A stretch of DNA of 64,000 nt, from assembly GCF_009914755.1 (NCBI RefSeq), contig NC_060936.1; one strand, given 5' to 3'. Each line of letters starts with the position of its first letter. Within the stretch, counting starts at the first letter, position 1. This document shows positions 11,638 through 45,420 of the stretch, piece by piece. The stretch comes from the human T2T-CHM13v2.0 reference genome, Homo sapiens. Under the pieces are notes generated by a model. It made no database searches and had not been told where the DNA came from. It was given only the letters and a program-made list of their open reading frames with translations. The translations under genes were made by a program, and so were the position numbers.

Positions 11638-14079
11638 CATTAAGATAGATTTCAGGCAGCTTTCTCTTCCCTGCTAGCCTGTTGTGGACCAAGAACTCTG
11701 CGGCTCCTCTTTCTGAGTACCCCCCGCCATTAGGTACTCACATGGGCTTTCCATCCTTGCAGACTTCCCAAGAAGCCACAGTGGGACCAGCCAGCAAGTT
11801 GGGAATTGTGGTAGGCTGGGTCCTGGAGAGCTGGGGTAGGGAGAGAGTGGAGGGAGATGCATGGTGGATGGTGTCTCAATGATGAGAATAGCGACAGAGA
11901 TGGTGCAGTTGTGTCCTCTGTGGAGGTCTGGAGAGTGGGGAAGAGGGTGAGGCTGCTTGGGCAAGGATTTGGGAGGCACTCAGCTGTGAGAGACATAGAG
12001 GGTGGGAATTCCATCAGCCAAATATTTATCGAGTGCTCACTACACATCAGGGGCTATGCTGTTATTGGACTGGCAGGGTTCAGGCTAGGCTGGAAAACTC
12101 TTCCTGGAACTGATTGGTTTCTGGTGGGACAGAAGCCAGATAAGCCTCAGCATTAGGGCATTGTTTGAAGTAGGCCTCATTCATCTCTGGGCTACCACAG
12201 GTGTCTGGGGTCTGTCAGGATCAACAGGCCTTGAGAGAGACTGACCCAGAGGACTACTAAAAGGGACACCTGCCCAGGCCAGCCTATTCTACCATCCTCG
12301 TTCTCCTGCAAAACCAAGGCCACGTCATTTCAGCAGAGGACCTGCGTGTGGAAGGACCCTGCAGCTGGCCCATCACAGGAGAGGCCCAGACTCACCTCCC
12401 AAGGGGACCCTGGCACATGAAGATGCTGGTTCTCCTGGGAGTGCTGCCCTGGCCCACAGGATAGAAGCGCAGGATGGTCACCCATGTCTGCTCTTATTGA
12501 ATGTGTCTTAGAAGCGGCTCCATGTGTGATTTCTTTCCCACATTGGTTAGTATGGTGTATACCACGTTTGTGTTCCCAGGCTTTTGTTTAAGTTTGTGGG
12601 CAGCCCTGACATCAGCATCACACTCAATGCCTGGGCTGAGCATATCCGTCAGACCTCCCAACTAGGCCCACTCATCACATAGTCCCATGCTGCACTTCTA
12701 GTTCTGCCAGCCACACCCCATGCTGGTCCTCAGCCTGGAACACCCTCCCCCACCCTCCCTGCTCAGCTGTCCAGCTCCTACTCATCCTCCGGCCCCAGGG
12801 CAAATTCACTCTTCCACAAAGCCTGACCTCTCTTCAGCCCACAGGATCTCTCCTGCCTAGGAGCTTGGTTGTGCATATTTGTCCTGTGTGCCTTTGACAC
12901 AGCACAGTCATCTCTGACTGCCAACATCTGTTGCTGCCAACATGGTATCAGTTAACCCCTGCACTGCCATTTAACTTTTCCTCTGAAGTTCTTTGAGAAG
13001 GGGACCCTGCCTCATGGGCCCTTTGTATTGCCATCCAATGTGTGTTAGAATCTAAACAGTTAGATAATTATCAACCTGTGCCTGAGACCTGCAGTGAATC
13101 AATATGTAAATGAATCAGGGCACTGGTCAGTCTTCCAGCCCCACTTGATATTAAAGACTCAGTGAAGATGGTTAGCAAAGCAGAGGACAGCAAATGGGTC
13201 TCCGGCAGCTGTGAAGCACCAGAGTTTATCCAAAGGGGGGACGTGGGGTCTAGAGACTCATCTCAAAGTTGCATTTTCATAACAAATACACTGGGTTTTT
13301 TTTTTTTAGCTATATTGTGTATTTGTTGGGGCCTAATGGAAATTTAGGAGGACCTAAACCCCCAAGCCACCCTTGGCACCACCCCTACAAGGGGCAGCCA
13401 CCACAGGGACTGGACAGTTCCAGCAGTTTCTGAATCCACAGTGTCACAGAGATCTCAGCTGTATCCTGCTTTTTTAGGATCCCAAAGGAACCATCTGCCT
13501 ACACTCTTTGCCAGCTGTGCTAATGTTTGTTTTACACTGCCCAGTAATGATTATAAAATTACTATTGCATGTCCTCAAACTCCACTGGCTTTAAAGAGGG
13601 TCTAGAGGCACAATGAGAACAAGGAGAAGTGGGCAAGACAGGCAGACAGCGATAAGGAGGTTCAGAGAGACAGCGAGGGAGTGAGTAAGGGCGAGATCAA
13701 GAGAGAGACAGGCCCGAGGCCAACCCGCAGCTGACCGCTGGCGTGAGGAACATGGGCTGCCTCTCGCCCCAGGTATGTTGGCACAGCTGGGCTGTTCTGG
13801 CCTCAAAGATGATGACAGGACAACAGGACTGGCAGGAGCGGTTCCTGACCCATGATTTGAAATCTACAATCTGTCAAAATTACCATAATTATTGTGCTAA
13901 GGTAGTTGGGTTATGGGAAATTCCCCCTTTCTCATTCATTCCTTCATTCACCTGACAAATAGCACTTGAATGCCACTGTGTGCCAGACACTGTGATAAGC
14001 AAAGTGGATAAAGGGTGAGCAGCTCAGCAGCTGGAGAGAAAGAAAGACATAAATAAAGAGCGTCTACAGCCAGATCTGG

Positions 14080-14320
14080 GCAGCAGGACATGAGGCTCAG
14101 ACTGTTGATTCTAAAGCCAAGCTGCCTGGGTTTGAATCCCAGCTCTGCCACCCACCAGCTGTACAATCCTGGGCAAGTTCCCTGACCCCTCTGTGCCTCA
14201 ATTTCCCCCGTAGATCTAAAATAGAACAAGTAAGAGTACCTTAGAGGGCTATGGTGAGGATTGAATAAGTTAATCCTTGCAGAGGTTTTAGAACAGTGCC
14301 TAATAAATAAGGCCAGATGT
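14080..14320 (+). mobile_element. MIR SINE
   Basis: GGGTTTGAATCCCAGCTCTGCCAC...CTCTGTGCCTCAATTTCCCC. Confidence 0.75.
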
Positions 14321-14376
14321 TTGTTGTTAAAAAAAAAAATAGGGCCACGAAGGGCGTAATTTAGATAGGATGGTTA

Positions 14377-15032
<656 letters not shown>

Positions 15033-17341
15033 GTTCTGAAAATGACAATAGTGAGAAGGTGGCAGCTCCTCTAATCTACAGTCTCTATAATGTAATATTT
15101 ATTTTATAATTCCAAAGATAATATTTTCATTTAAAAAACGTGCACCCTCGGTATTTTCAAGTCTTGGGGATGGCCCTTTGATGAGTCGCACTGTCTAACT
15201 CACCTGGTTTGGTGCCAAAAGGAACCACCTGTTTTCTGGGGCTGTGGCCTGCAGCCTTAGGAACAGTGCTTTGCTCTGGGGGAAGCTAAAAGTTGCAATG
15301 GGGCTAAGCTAAGAGCAGCAACTCCATGGCTCAGCCTCCTGAGCCTTGTGCTCTATTTGATGAGATAATCCACAGCTGCCTGGTGCAAAGTCAAGAACCG
15401 GAGAAGAGAAACAGAGATTGCTGACCTTCTCCGTGGGCCACCAGAGTCCAGCCTGCATGTGCAGGCTCTCCCTCCAGCACACAGGTTGCTCCTGCAGGGC
15501 TCAGCCCCAGCAACGCTGAGAGGGTGAAACTGGCCACCTACCTCTCCCTCTGATTCCCACCCTGGATGCCCTGTGTCCCAGGACCCCTGTAACATTCTCC
15601 CACCCTAAGTAATCATCTCTGGACCTTGCCACCTGATCATGCCATTAAATTCCCCTAATGCCATTGCCTCGAGGCTCTTCTTTTTCTATTCTTTTAAAAG
15701 TGACCATTAGAAATATTAATTAGAATCTACAATTGGGCCATTAGAATCTTCCCAACTTATGTATCTACATAACAGGGGCCTTCTACTGACAACTAGAACT
15801 CAAAGAGTAGAAGGCAAGCAGTCATGCACTCAAGCAGGTAGCAGGGAGCAACACTCAGGGGTAGGGAGCTCTGAGAACCCCTCCAATAAAACAGTGCTTG
15901 CAGCTCACTATCCCTCCCATGAGCAGTCACGGCTGGAAGCCACCATGGGGAAGATGCTTAAAGGGGCCTACACCCCTTCCCCTTTTGACACCCTGAGTTG
16001 CCAAATTCATAGATCCTCAAACACTTCTCATCCAAATTCCTGTTTCTAAATGGGGAAAGTGAGGCCCAGGGAGAGGAAGGCGCTTGCCTTGCCCAGGGCT
16101 GCTGAGAGATGGAGGCCCCCCTGCCCCAGCACACTGCCCACCTATGGGATCCACCTATGCTGCCTTATACTCTGGTGGACAGGGCACTTTTCTGGGTGGT
16201 CAAGTAAGCTTAAAATATCCTGTTGTCATGGCCCCCTAAAAAGGCACCCTGTCTCTACCCCTCTGCTAGCTAGGATCGCCTAAGTGCCAGGAAAGCCAGT
16301 ACAGCCCCTCCATTCAGCAGTCCAAAACAGCTCTAGCTGCCTACAACTCACTCCAGTGAGAAAACCAAGATCCAAGTGCTCTCCAAGGGCCAAGAGCAAG
16401 GCAGGCAGAGTCAGGGTGAAGCCTGAAGCATCCAGCTCCCTGGTCCAGGGTGCACACTGGTCACAGTCCACACACACATGCACAACCAGAATCCCACACC
16501 TCCTAGCACAAAAAGTGGGTCCAAACTGTGAGCTTAACCTTCTATCTTCTTCTGGGAGTCACCAGCCTCCTCTGTGTTCTACCAGCTACCACCAGGAGCA
16601 TCCTCCCCTGACCCCATCGAGGCACCTGCTCCAGGAAGGCCCCCAGGCATGGGAGAGAAGACTCTTTCTAAGTGCAGCTGAGTCAGACTCGGCTTCTCAG
16701 GATGATCCAGTTTTATCATCACTGGGAGGGACGGCAGTCACCCGTGCCCTGGCCTGCAAGCCCCTTCACCCTCAGATGCCAGCAGACTGTGTTGCAGGAA
16801 GGCTACAGCTCAGGTCTTGAAGAGTCCAGAATCTGAGAGGAGGGTGCCTGAATTGGCTGCAGCAACTGGACAGGCCTGGGTGGACACTTACTTAGTATAG
16901 ATCCATGGCCTGGCAGATGTAGGAGGAGCTCAATACTGAGTGTGGGTTGGGGTACTAGGACACATTTTGGAAAGACATGTACTTTCTGGCCTGTAGGTCT
17001 GTGGAAGGGAGAAAGGGGTTGAGGACAACTGCCAGGTCAGAATTTGCTGCAGCCACCAGCCACCATACCTGCCTGCTACTCAGGTGGCTTGTGCCAGTGA
17101 TGAGTGGAGAGCATCCCCATCTCAGGGGACAGAGCTGTGCAGGGCTCAGGGGAGCTGGGGCTATGAACCTATGCTCCAACGGGAGCAGCTCTGGGCCTTA
17201 ATGCTTGGGGTAAGCACTGAGATGCTGCAGCCCTGGGATTCTGCTGCTCTGGACTTTATCCCTCGGCATCTTTTGTTACTGATAGTCTTGGCTGCCTAGC
17301 TGGATGATTGACCCCATGAGGGCCAGAACTACCAGTCTTGG

Positions 17342-17608
17342 TTTTTTCTTTTTTAGAGACAGAGTCTTTCTCTGTCAACCAAAGAAAGGACGAGTGCAGT
17401 TATAGCTCACTGTAACCTCGAACTCCTGGGCTCAAGTGATCCCCCCACTTCAACCTCCCAAGTAGCTAGGACTACAGGTGCACACCACCATACCCGGGTA
17501 ATTTTTATTTTTTATAGAGACCGGGTCTTGCTTTGTTACCCAGGTTGGTCTCAAATGCCTAGCCTCCCAAAGCATTGGGATTACAGGCATCAGCCACAGC
17601 ACCTGGCC
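17342..17608 (-). mobile_element. Degenerate Alu (J-type)
   Basis: CTCCTGGGCTCAAGTGATCC...GGATTACAGGCAT. Confidence 0.85.
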
Positions 17609-17694
17609 TTTGTCTTGTTCACAGAGCCCCTACAAGGCCTATAGTAAGTACGTGAAAATAAAAGAATGTGGGAATGGAGAGAGGGAAAAAGGAA

Positions 17695-17700
17695 TTTATA
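17695..17700 (-). terminator. Candidate distal poly(A) signal (TATAAA variant) for a ~3.2-kb RAPGEF3 3'UTR
   Basis: TATAAA on the minus strand followed by U/pyrimidine-rich sequence; I saw no canonical AATAAA closer to the stop codon. Confidence 0.35.
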
Positions 17701-20700
17701 TGCTTGGGTCTAATCCTGCAAAAGAATAAAATGTTGGGATTCAGAGAGCTGTCATGGGGAGTGCCGGGGGCATGGGGAAAGGGCATGGCTGATACACATC
17801 CAGTTACTTCACCTGTCTACCCTGCTATTAAGCAGTTATGTGACCTTGGGCAAACCTGCCTGTGCCTCAGTTTCTTTGACTGTAAAACCAGAGTAAAAAT
17901 ACCTGTAGTACCTATTCTGTCATCAGGATAAAAATAACGTAACGTGAGACAGGGTGAAGATGAAAGAAGATGAAAACACCATTCAAGTCTTAACCTATTA
18001 TTATCATGGTAAATCTTGTGACTATTGGGAAGTAGAGCAGCCAGAGGCTGAGGGCTGTTGGAGACACAGAAGCCATAAGGCAGCGTGTGAAGGCAGACAT
18101 GCCCCCACCCAGCTCTAACTCAGTGCTGAGTGGAGGGGGATGGGGTGCCGGATCTCAGGCTCTGCCTTCCTTTTGTTCGGATGGAGCCTGAGAGAGAGGG
18201 GACAGCTGGCTCCAGGCGGAGATGCTGAAGCAGCAGAGGGTGCTGGCTCCGCTGACCACTCCACCCCGTCTGTGGGGAGGCGTGGCCCTCCCTGGTGTGT
18301 ACCCCACAGTCAGGGCCTGAGCCTGGCCACAGCCTGCCTCAGGCCTTCACAGGGAAGTGGAGGGGAAGGAGGAAAGGAGGGGGGATGTGTGTGTAACAAT
18401 GACCTCCCTCTGTCCTGTCCTGCCCGGTAGGACACACACGCAGCCATTCCTCTCTGCTTGACCTCCTTTCAGGTAACAGAGGCTTTTTAAAGGACTGATC
18501 TAGGGCCACACTCCCTTTCTGCACACCTTCTTCTCAGCAGTCCCATGAGCCCCTCCTCCCTTTGTGGCCTTCTTGCAGCTGAGACACAAAATGGGAGCCC
18601 CTGCACACAGCCTGGGCTGCTAGGGAACACCAGAGGATGCCTCCTGCCCCACACCACCCCACGCTTGGGCAGTCAGGGAGACAGAAGGCAGCACAAACTC
18701 CCAGCATGGGGCCACCGTAACATGGAGCCTTTCCCCGCTTTTGGGCCTCCTGTCCTCTGGGAGTGGCCTGGCCCCCTGGGCCGCAACTCTTCTAGCTCCC
18801 AGAGTCTGTGTCCTCTTGCCTGCCCTGGGCACCATTCTCCTGGCAAGGTCTCTCCCAACAGGCTCAAAAGCCGTCCTGCCCGAGACTGGGGCAGCTGGGA
18901 GACCACCGGGTGGCTGCAGGGTGGTCTGGACTGTAAAGCTGATGGTCCAAGGAGGAGGGAGAAGTCCCATCAGGACGTAGATGTGACCAGAGGAGAAATG
19001 CTGGTGGAGGACACCGGCCCCCGTGGCACTTGGTTTCTGTTGTGTCGCTGGGCTGGGCTCACCCTAGAGTCTGAAGAACGGTGAAGGGCCGCGGCTGGCT
19101 GGCTGGCTTTTGCCGAGACACCAGCAGACAATGGGTTGGATGAAAAGAAAGCCCCCGGACTCCTGACTCACCCAGGCTTGAGCCTCCTGTCCTGATTGCT
19201 CAGTTCCGGATGCTTCCGTGCTTCTCCTGTGTCCCCACCCACGGCAAGGGAACTGGTTTGGTTACCACTGCCATCTGCTGCACCTCAGTCTCTCCCTCAG
19301 CCCTCACCTGAGGCGAGGCTGCCCCCCTACCAGGCCTGGATAGCACAGGACTGCCCTTGGCTGTCACCTCTGCTACAGAGGCAGGAGCTACAGTTTTATG
19401 TGTTTGTCACTAAGCGCTGTATGGCGTTTATCATACCTGGCTTACAGGTGGAGAAATGAAGGAAGAGAACTGTTCACTGACTTGCTCAGATTCACTTAGT
19501 GACCTGAGGTCTAAGCCCAGCTGTGCTGCCTCCCTGCTAAAGGCTCTGACCCTTTCTGGAAGCAGCAGGCCTGTGTATCCACATCCATGGGGCTGAAGTG
19601 CAGAGGGGCCATACCAGCTGCCTCTGGACGCCCAAGGCCCTGCAGCCTCAATACCTACTCAGGAGTCATGCCAGGGGCCATGAGTTCTCTCTCTGGCCAG
19701 ACAAGTGCCTCCTGCTGCCAGGACTCAGGGCAATAGCAAGGCAAGAGGGTGGAGTCCCTGGAGCTTCCTGGGTGAGCTCTGCCTCGCAAGAGGCGTCCTG
19801 GCAGTAGCTGGTTCCTAGGGGAAGTGCTGAAGGGGCAGGGAAGAGAGGACTTCGTATGACCAGAGCTTGCTGGGACCATTCTCAACACTGATGATAAACC
19901 CTGATTTCCTGGAAGTCTGTTGGGCCTCAACAAGCGACGGGCTCTCCGCGGAAGCTTCAGCATTGTTTCTATCACAAGCCACCCCCAGAAGACCCCAGAA
20001 GCCTGGCCCAACAGGCCAGGACGAGCTCAAGTGTGGAAAAGCGGGGATTGCAGTTGGGAAGAAGCTGTCAGTTGCATCTGGACTGTAAAGTCCTATTGGA
20101 CCACCATGGGGAGCTGATGGTCACCCTGGCTGGCTGCTGACAGGGGCTCCAGGCTCCAGCCCGCCCTTTGGCCAGAGCCCTGGAGGCACATCTGGGTGGC
20201 ATCAGGATCTTGGACCCAGTCTGGCCCGTGCCCAGCATGGGGCTGCTTCTCCTCCACAGCTCCTTCCCAGAGGGCGGGGCCTCAGCCTCCCTGCCACGCC
20301 CACTCTGGGCTGGCCTGGAACATACTACTATGTTGACAGTAACAATAAAGCTCCTCAGGGACCACCGCACAGGCCCGCAGCCCCACTGCCTGCTGTTGGA
20401 AGAAAGCTGTGGAAAGAAAGCAGGGGGCCCCTGCCCCAGGCCAAGGCCCTGCCCTTGCCACACACGGTACACACATGCAGCCTCTCTCTCTCTCTCTGTC
20501 CACTGTGAAAATAAACTGCAGGCCTGGCTGGACAACAAAGCCAGAGGCACAGAATCTGGAAGACATCTGGTGTGGAGACCTCTCTATTGCACACAACGTC
20601 CCAGCGCACTCCACTCTCCACCCACTCCTGGGGCCTCTCTGTCCTCCCTTCCTTGGCCTTGGGTCATTCGTTATTCCTGGCTCGGGTCCACTCCGAGGTC

Positions 20701-20878
20701 CTCCTTAGCTGCCAGTCATCACAGGGGATGGCTGCCTCCACACTGCCTGCTCCAGGGACTCGAGTCCACTCCACGGAGAGCCTTGCCCAGCTGTGGCCAG
20801 CCTGTGAGTATCTTGGCCCGGCACACCCTGGCTTTCCCGGCTGCAAGTGCCTGCTCCAGCTCCAGTCCCAGCCCCTCC

Positions 20879-41872
<20,994 letters not shown>

Positions 41873-42089
41873 GTTTCTTTTCAAGCTCGCACAGCCGTGC
41901 AGGCTCTAGCAAAAGGCTGGGGGGTCCCCAGCGACCCCCATCAGCTTTGATAAGGGGATCCGGAGGGTGCCAGTGGGTAAGTCCAGGTACAGTGAACTGG
42001 GCCAGTGCCTAGCTGGACTGGCTGCCAGGGCAGCAGGATGCAGGGCTCGGTGGAGAGGCTCCTCTTGGGTGAGTAGAGGGGTGGGGGCG

Positions 42090-43070
42090 TGGTGGGGGGA
42101 CGCCACCCAGCCACCGGCGACAGGGAGCCCCGAGCCTGCGCCTTCGTCTCAGACGAAGGAGCCAGCTGGCACCGGGCGCTGAAGCAAGGCTGCGCTGGCA
42201 CCGGTCCGGGCGGGAGCTGTCACACCCCCTGCGCTGCCCGCCCCCTTCCCCTCCCCAGGACTGGCGGAGGGGGCGGGGTGGAGGCGCCCTGCCTTACGGT
42301 AGAGGAATGCGTAGGGGAAGGGGGCCGGCACTGGCAGGCTTTGGAGTCCGCACCCGGGGGTACCAGAGTGGACATCCGCCTGAGCCCAGAGTATCCCCAG
42401 GGGGCAGGAGCGGCCCCGAAGTGTGTGGAGGAGGCCGCAACGGCCGGGGTGTCAGGGATCCGGCGGTGAGTGGCTGCACTGGCCGCCACGTGGCCGGGAG
42501 GAGAAATGCAAACAAGGAAACCGGGGAGAGCGGGGAGGGGGTGAGTCACTGCGGCCTCACCCGGGAGGGAAATCCGGACTGGGGCCGCTTCCCGGCTGGG
42601 GGTGTCTGCCTCCTGTTTCGGTTCAGGGTCTCCAGCCGCCCGGGGGAGGGAATAGGCGGCTTTCCCGCGGGGAATCCCGCTGCCTTGCCTCCCACAGTTC
42701 CGTTCCCAGACCCACGCCCCACTGCCCCCTGCCCCAGCACACACACACCGGGAGCAGTTGAGGAAACTGAGGCTGGAGAGGAAGGACTGCTCTCCAGAAC
42801 GGGTAGGGGCCCTAAGAGGAGATTGGGGTTGTGGCAGAGCTTCCAGGGGAGCAGAAGGTGTTCGAGTACCACGCCCCCTACCGCGCGCTCCCTGGTGGCC
42901 GGGTAGGTTGAGGCGGAGACCGGGAATTCCAGCGCCCTGCTAAGCAGGCTTGCTACCGAGGCTCCACGCCTCCCTGGGCCTCAGTTTCCACCACTGTGCA
43001 AATGGCCCAGCGCGGGCCTCTTCGCCCCACTCCTGAGAGGGTGGAGAGACAGTGGCCGGGGACAGCGACC
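42090..43070. promoter_or_regulatory. RAPGEF3: CpG island / RAPGEF3 promoter
   Basis: High GC and CpG content; GC box GGGGCGGGG near 42270; palindromic E-box GCCACGTGGC at 42485-42494; AP-1 site TGAGTCA at 42542-42548; minus-strand donor GTAAGG at 42297, a candidate non-coding alternative first exon. Confidence 0.85.
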
Positions 43071-43181
43071 CGTAATTCAGGACGATAATGAGGGTTTGGA
43101 AGGAGGTGAACGCCCCACCCCCAGCTTTTTAGGACTTTTTGCCCCTTCTCTTCCCTTTTCCCTTTGCTGTTGAGCCAGCCC

Positions 43182-43472
43182 AGACTGGGAAGAAGTATCT
43201 CTAAAAAGCCTATACCCCAATTTTGGGATGCCAAGCCCGCATCCTCCACCATGATTATTTTCTTGAAAGTGAGGAGAAGACTGGGAAGAGGTAGCTCTAA
43301 GAAGCCTATACTCCCAATTTTGGGATGCCAAGCCCCCATCCTCCACCATGATTATTTTCTTGAAAGTGAGGAGAAGACTGGGAAGAGGTAGCTCTAAGAA
43401 GCCTATACTCCCAATTTTGGGATGCCAAGCCCCCATCCTCCACCAATTATTATTTTCTTGAAAGTGGGGAGA
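43182..43472. repeat. 96-97-bp tandem repeat, 3 copies
   Basis: Units start at 43182, 43278 and 43375 (AGACTGGGAAGA...TTCTTGAAAGTG). Confidence 0.97.
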
Positions 43473-44049
43473 GAAATTTTAATTGTGATTAAAATCCCAT
43501 TTTTAATGTATACATGTATAAAAAATGTTTCCCAGAAGCTTACTAAAATGCAGGCTCCGTCCCCAGCAATTCACATTCAATCCTATTGGCATGAAATGGA
43601 AAATCTGTATTTGGAACAAACACCCCAGGTCATCTGCTGTGTCCACACATTAAGAAACGCTGGTGGAGTTTTAAATGCCTCTCCGGGGAAGGAGGAAAGC
43701 CTGAGAATGAATCTGACCTCAGACCCAAATCCATTCAACGGAGTTCTGGTAATTTGGAAGAAGGAAGAGCAACCTGGAAACTGACAGGAAAGGATGACAA
43801 GTTGGGAGTCACAGGTATGCATGGGGAAGAGTTAGGGGGATGGAGTCATGAGTTTCGGGTTGCTGGGGCCAGTGCCCTGGCCTAGAAGTTCTTGCAGGAA
43901 GGCTTCCTGAGACTGGCAGTTGGGTCACAAAGGGGTCCCCTATTTCCTATTCTTGCTGCCCTTACTCTGGGCAGGTGGAAGATGCTGGGGAGTGAGGCAG
44001 GACACTTGTATACCTGTAGACATTTCAGCAGAGCTACAAAATCTAATCA

Positions 44050-44260
44050 TGTGCGGGCACTCTTTCAAGTGCTTTCCATGTGTTTAATCCCTGCCACGAT
44101 CCTGTGAGGTATGTACTTCTGTTATCCTCACGTCACAGATGGGGAAACTGAGGCTCAGGGATATTAAGGAAATTGCCAAAGTCACACAGCTAGTAAATGG
44201 TGGAGCTGGGGCATGAATCCAGGTTGTCTGTCTCCACGTACTCACCATGGTATACTGCGT
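44050..44260 (-). mobile_element. MIR SINE
   Basis: ACAGATGGGGAAACTGAGGCTCAG core. Confidence 0.75.
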
Positions 44261-44335
44261 ATACTCTGTATGTATTCTATTCTTCTAATGTAGACTAGAC
44301 TGCCTAGGAGAGTCTACTCAAAAAAGGAAAATTGA

Positions 44336-44680
<345 letters not shown>

Positions 44681-45179
44681 TCAGGGAGCCAAGGATCACT
44701 CAAATCGGTGAAAATGAAACTGTCCCAACCCACTCCCCCACCTATGTTCCCCTTCAACACTACTCTTGCCTTTCTTTTTTCCATTTCTTTTTCATTCCCC
44801 CTCTCTGGGGAGATTGAGAAGAGGACCTGGGGTGATTACCTATTGGCTCCTAGCCTGGGGAGATCATAGGGAGTAGATCTTTTATGTGTCCCATTTCTAG
44901 CTTGTCCTACCTCTAACAGGCAAGGCCCCCAGCCTGCCATCAAAGCAGATGACGGGGCAGGTTTTTGCCTTCTCAGGATCCCTGGATGGGGACCCGACAG
45001 TAGAATTACTGCTCAGCAGATATTTGATCAAGGCTGAGGCCTAGAAGGGGCAGAGGACTGGGAATGTGTCTGAGGAACACATGCAAGCAAGATGGTAACA
45101 ATCATGCCATGTCCTGGTACCGCCTCCACCCTCCTCTGACTGTCATTAAATGCTTGGCAGGTGTGTTAAGACAGATAAA

Positions 45180-45420
45180 TAATAATAAGAATAGTCAACA
45201 TGCACCAGGCCCTGTTCTTGATACTTTGTATATATTCACTGACTGAATTGTCACAACAACCCTATGAGATAAGGTTGTTATTTTTGTTATTCCATTTTAC
45301 AGATGAGGGACCTGAGACACAAAGAGGTTAAATGACTTGCCCAAGGTCCCATACTAGGAAGTGGTAGAGCCATGAGTGACTCTGCCCAGGTGGTTTCTAC
45401 CCTGTGTGCTTTACCACTCT
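45180..45420 (-). mobile_element. MIR SINE
   Basis: CCATTTTACAGATGAGGGACCTGAG...TGACTTGCCCAAGGTC. Confidence 0.75.

Noticed and set aside
42953-43436. Duplicated ORFs starting MGAWHPKIGSIGFLELPLPS, and a CRISPR-like look
   Set aside because: Produced by the 97-bp tandem repeat. There are no unique spacers or cas genes, and the DNA is mammalian.
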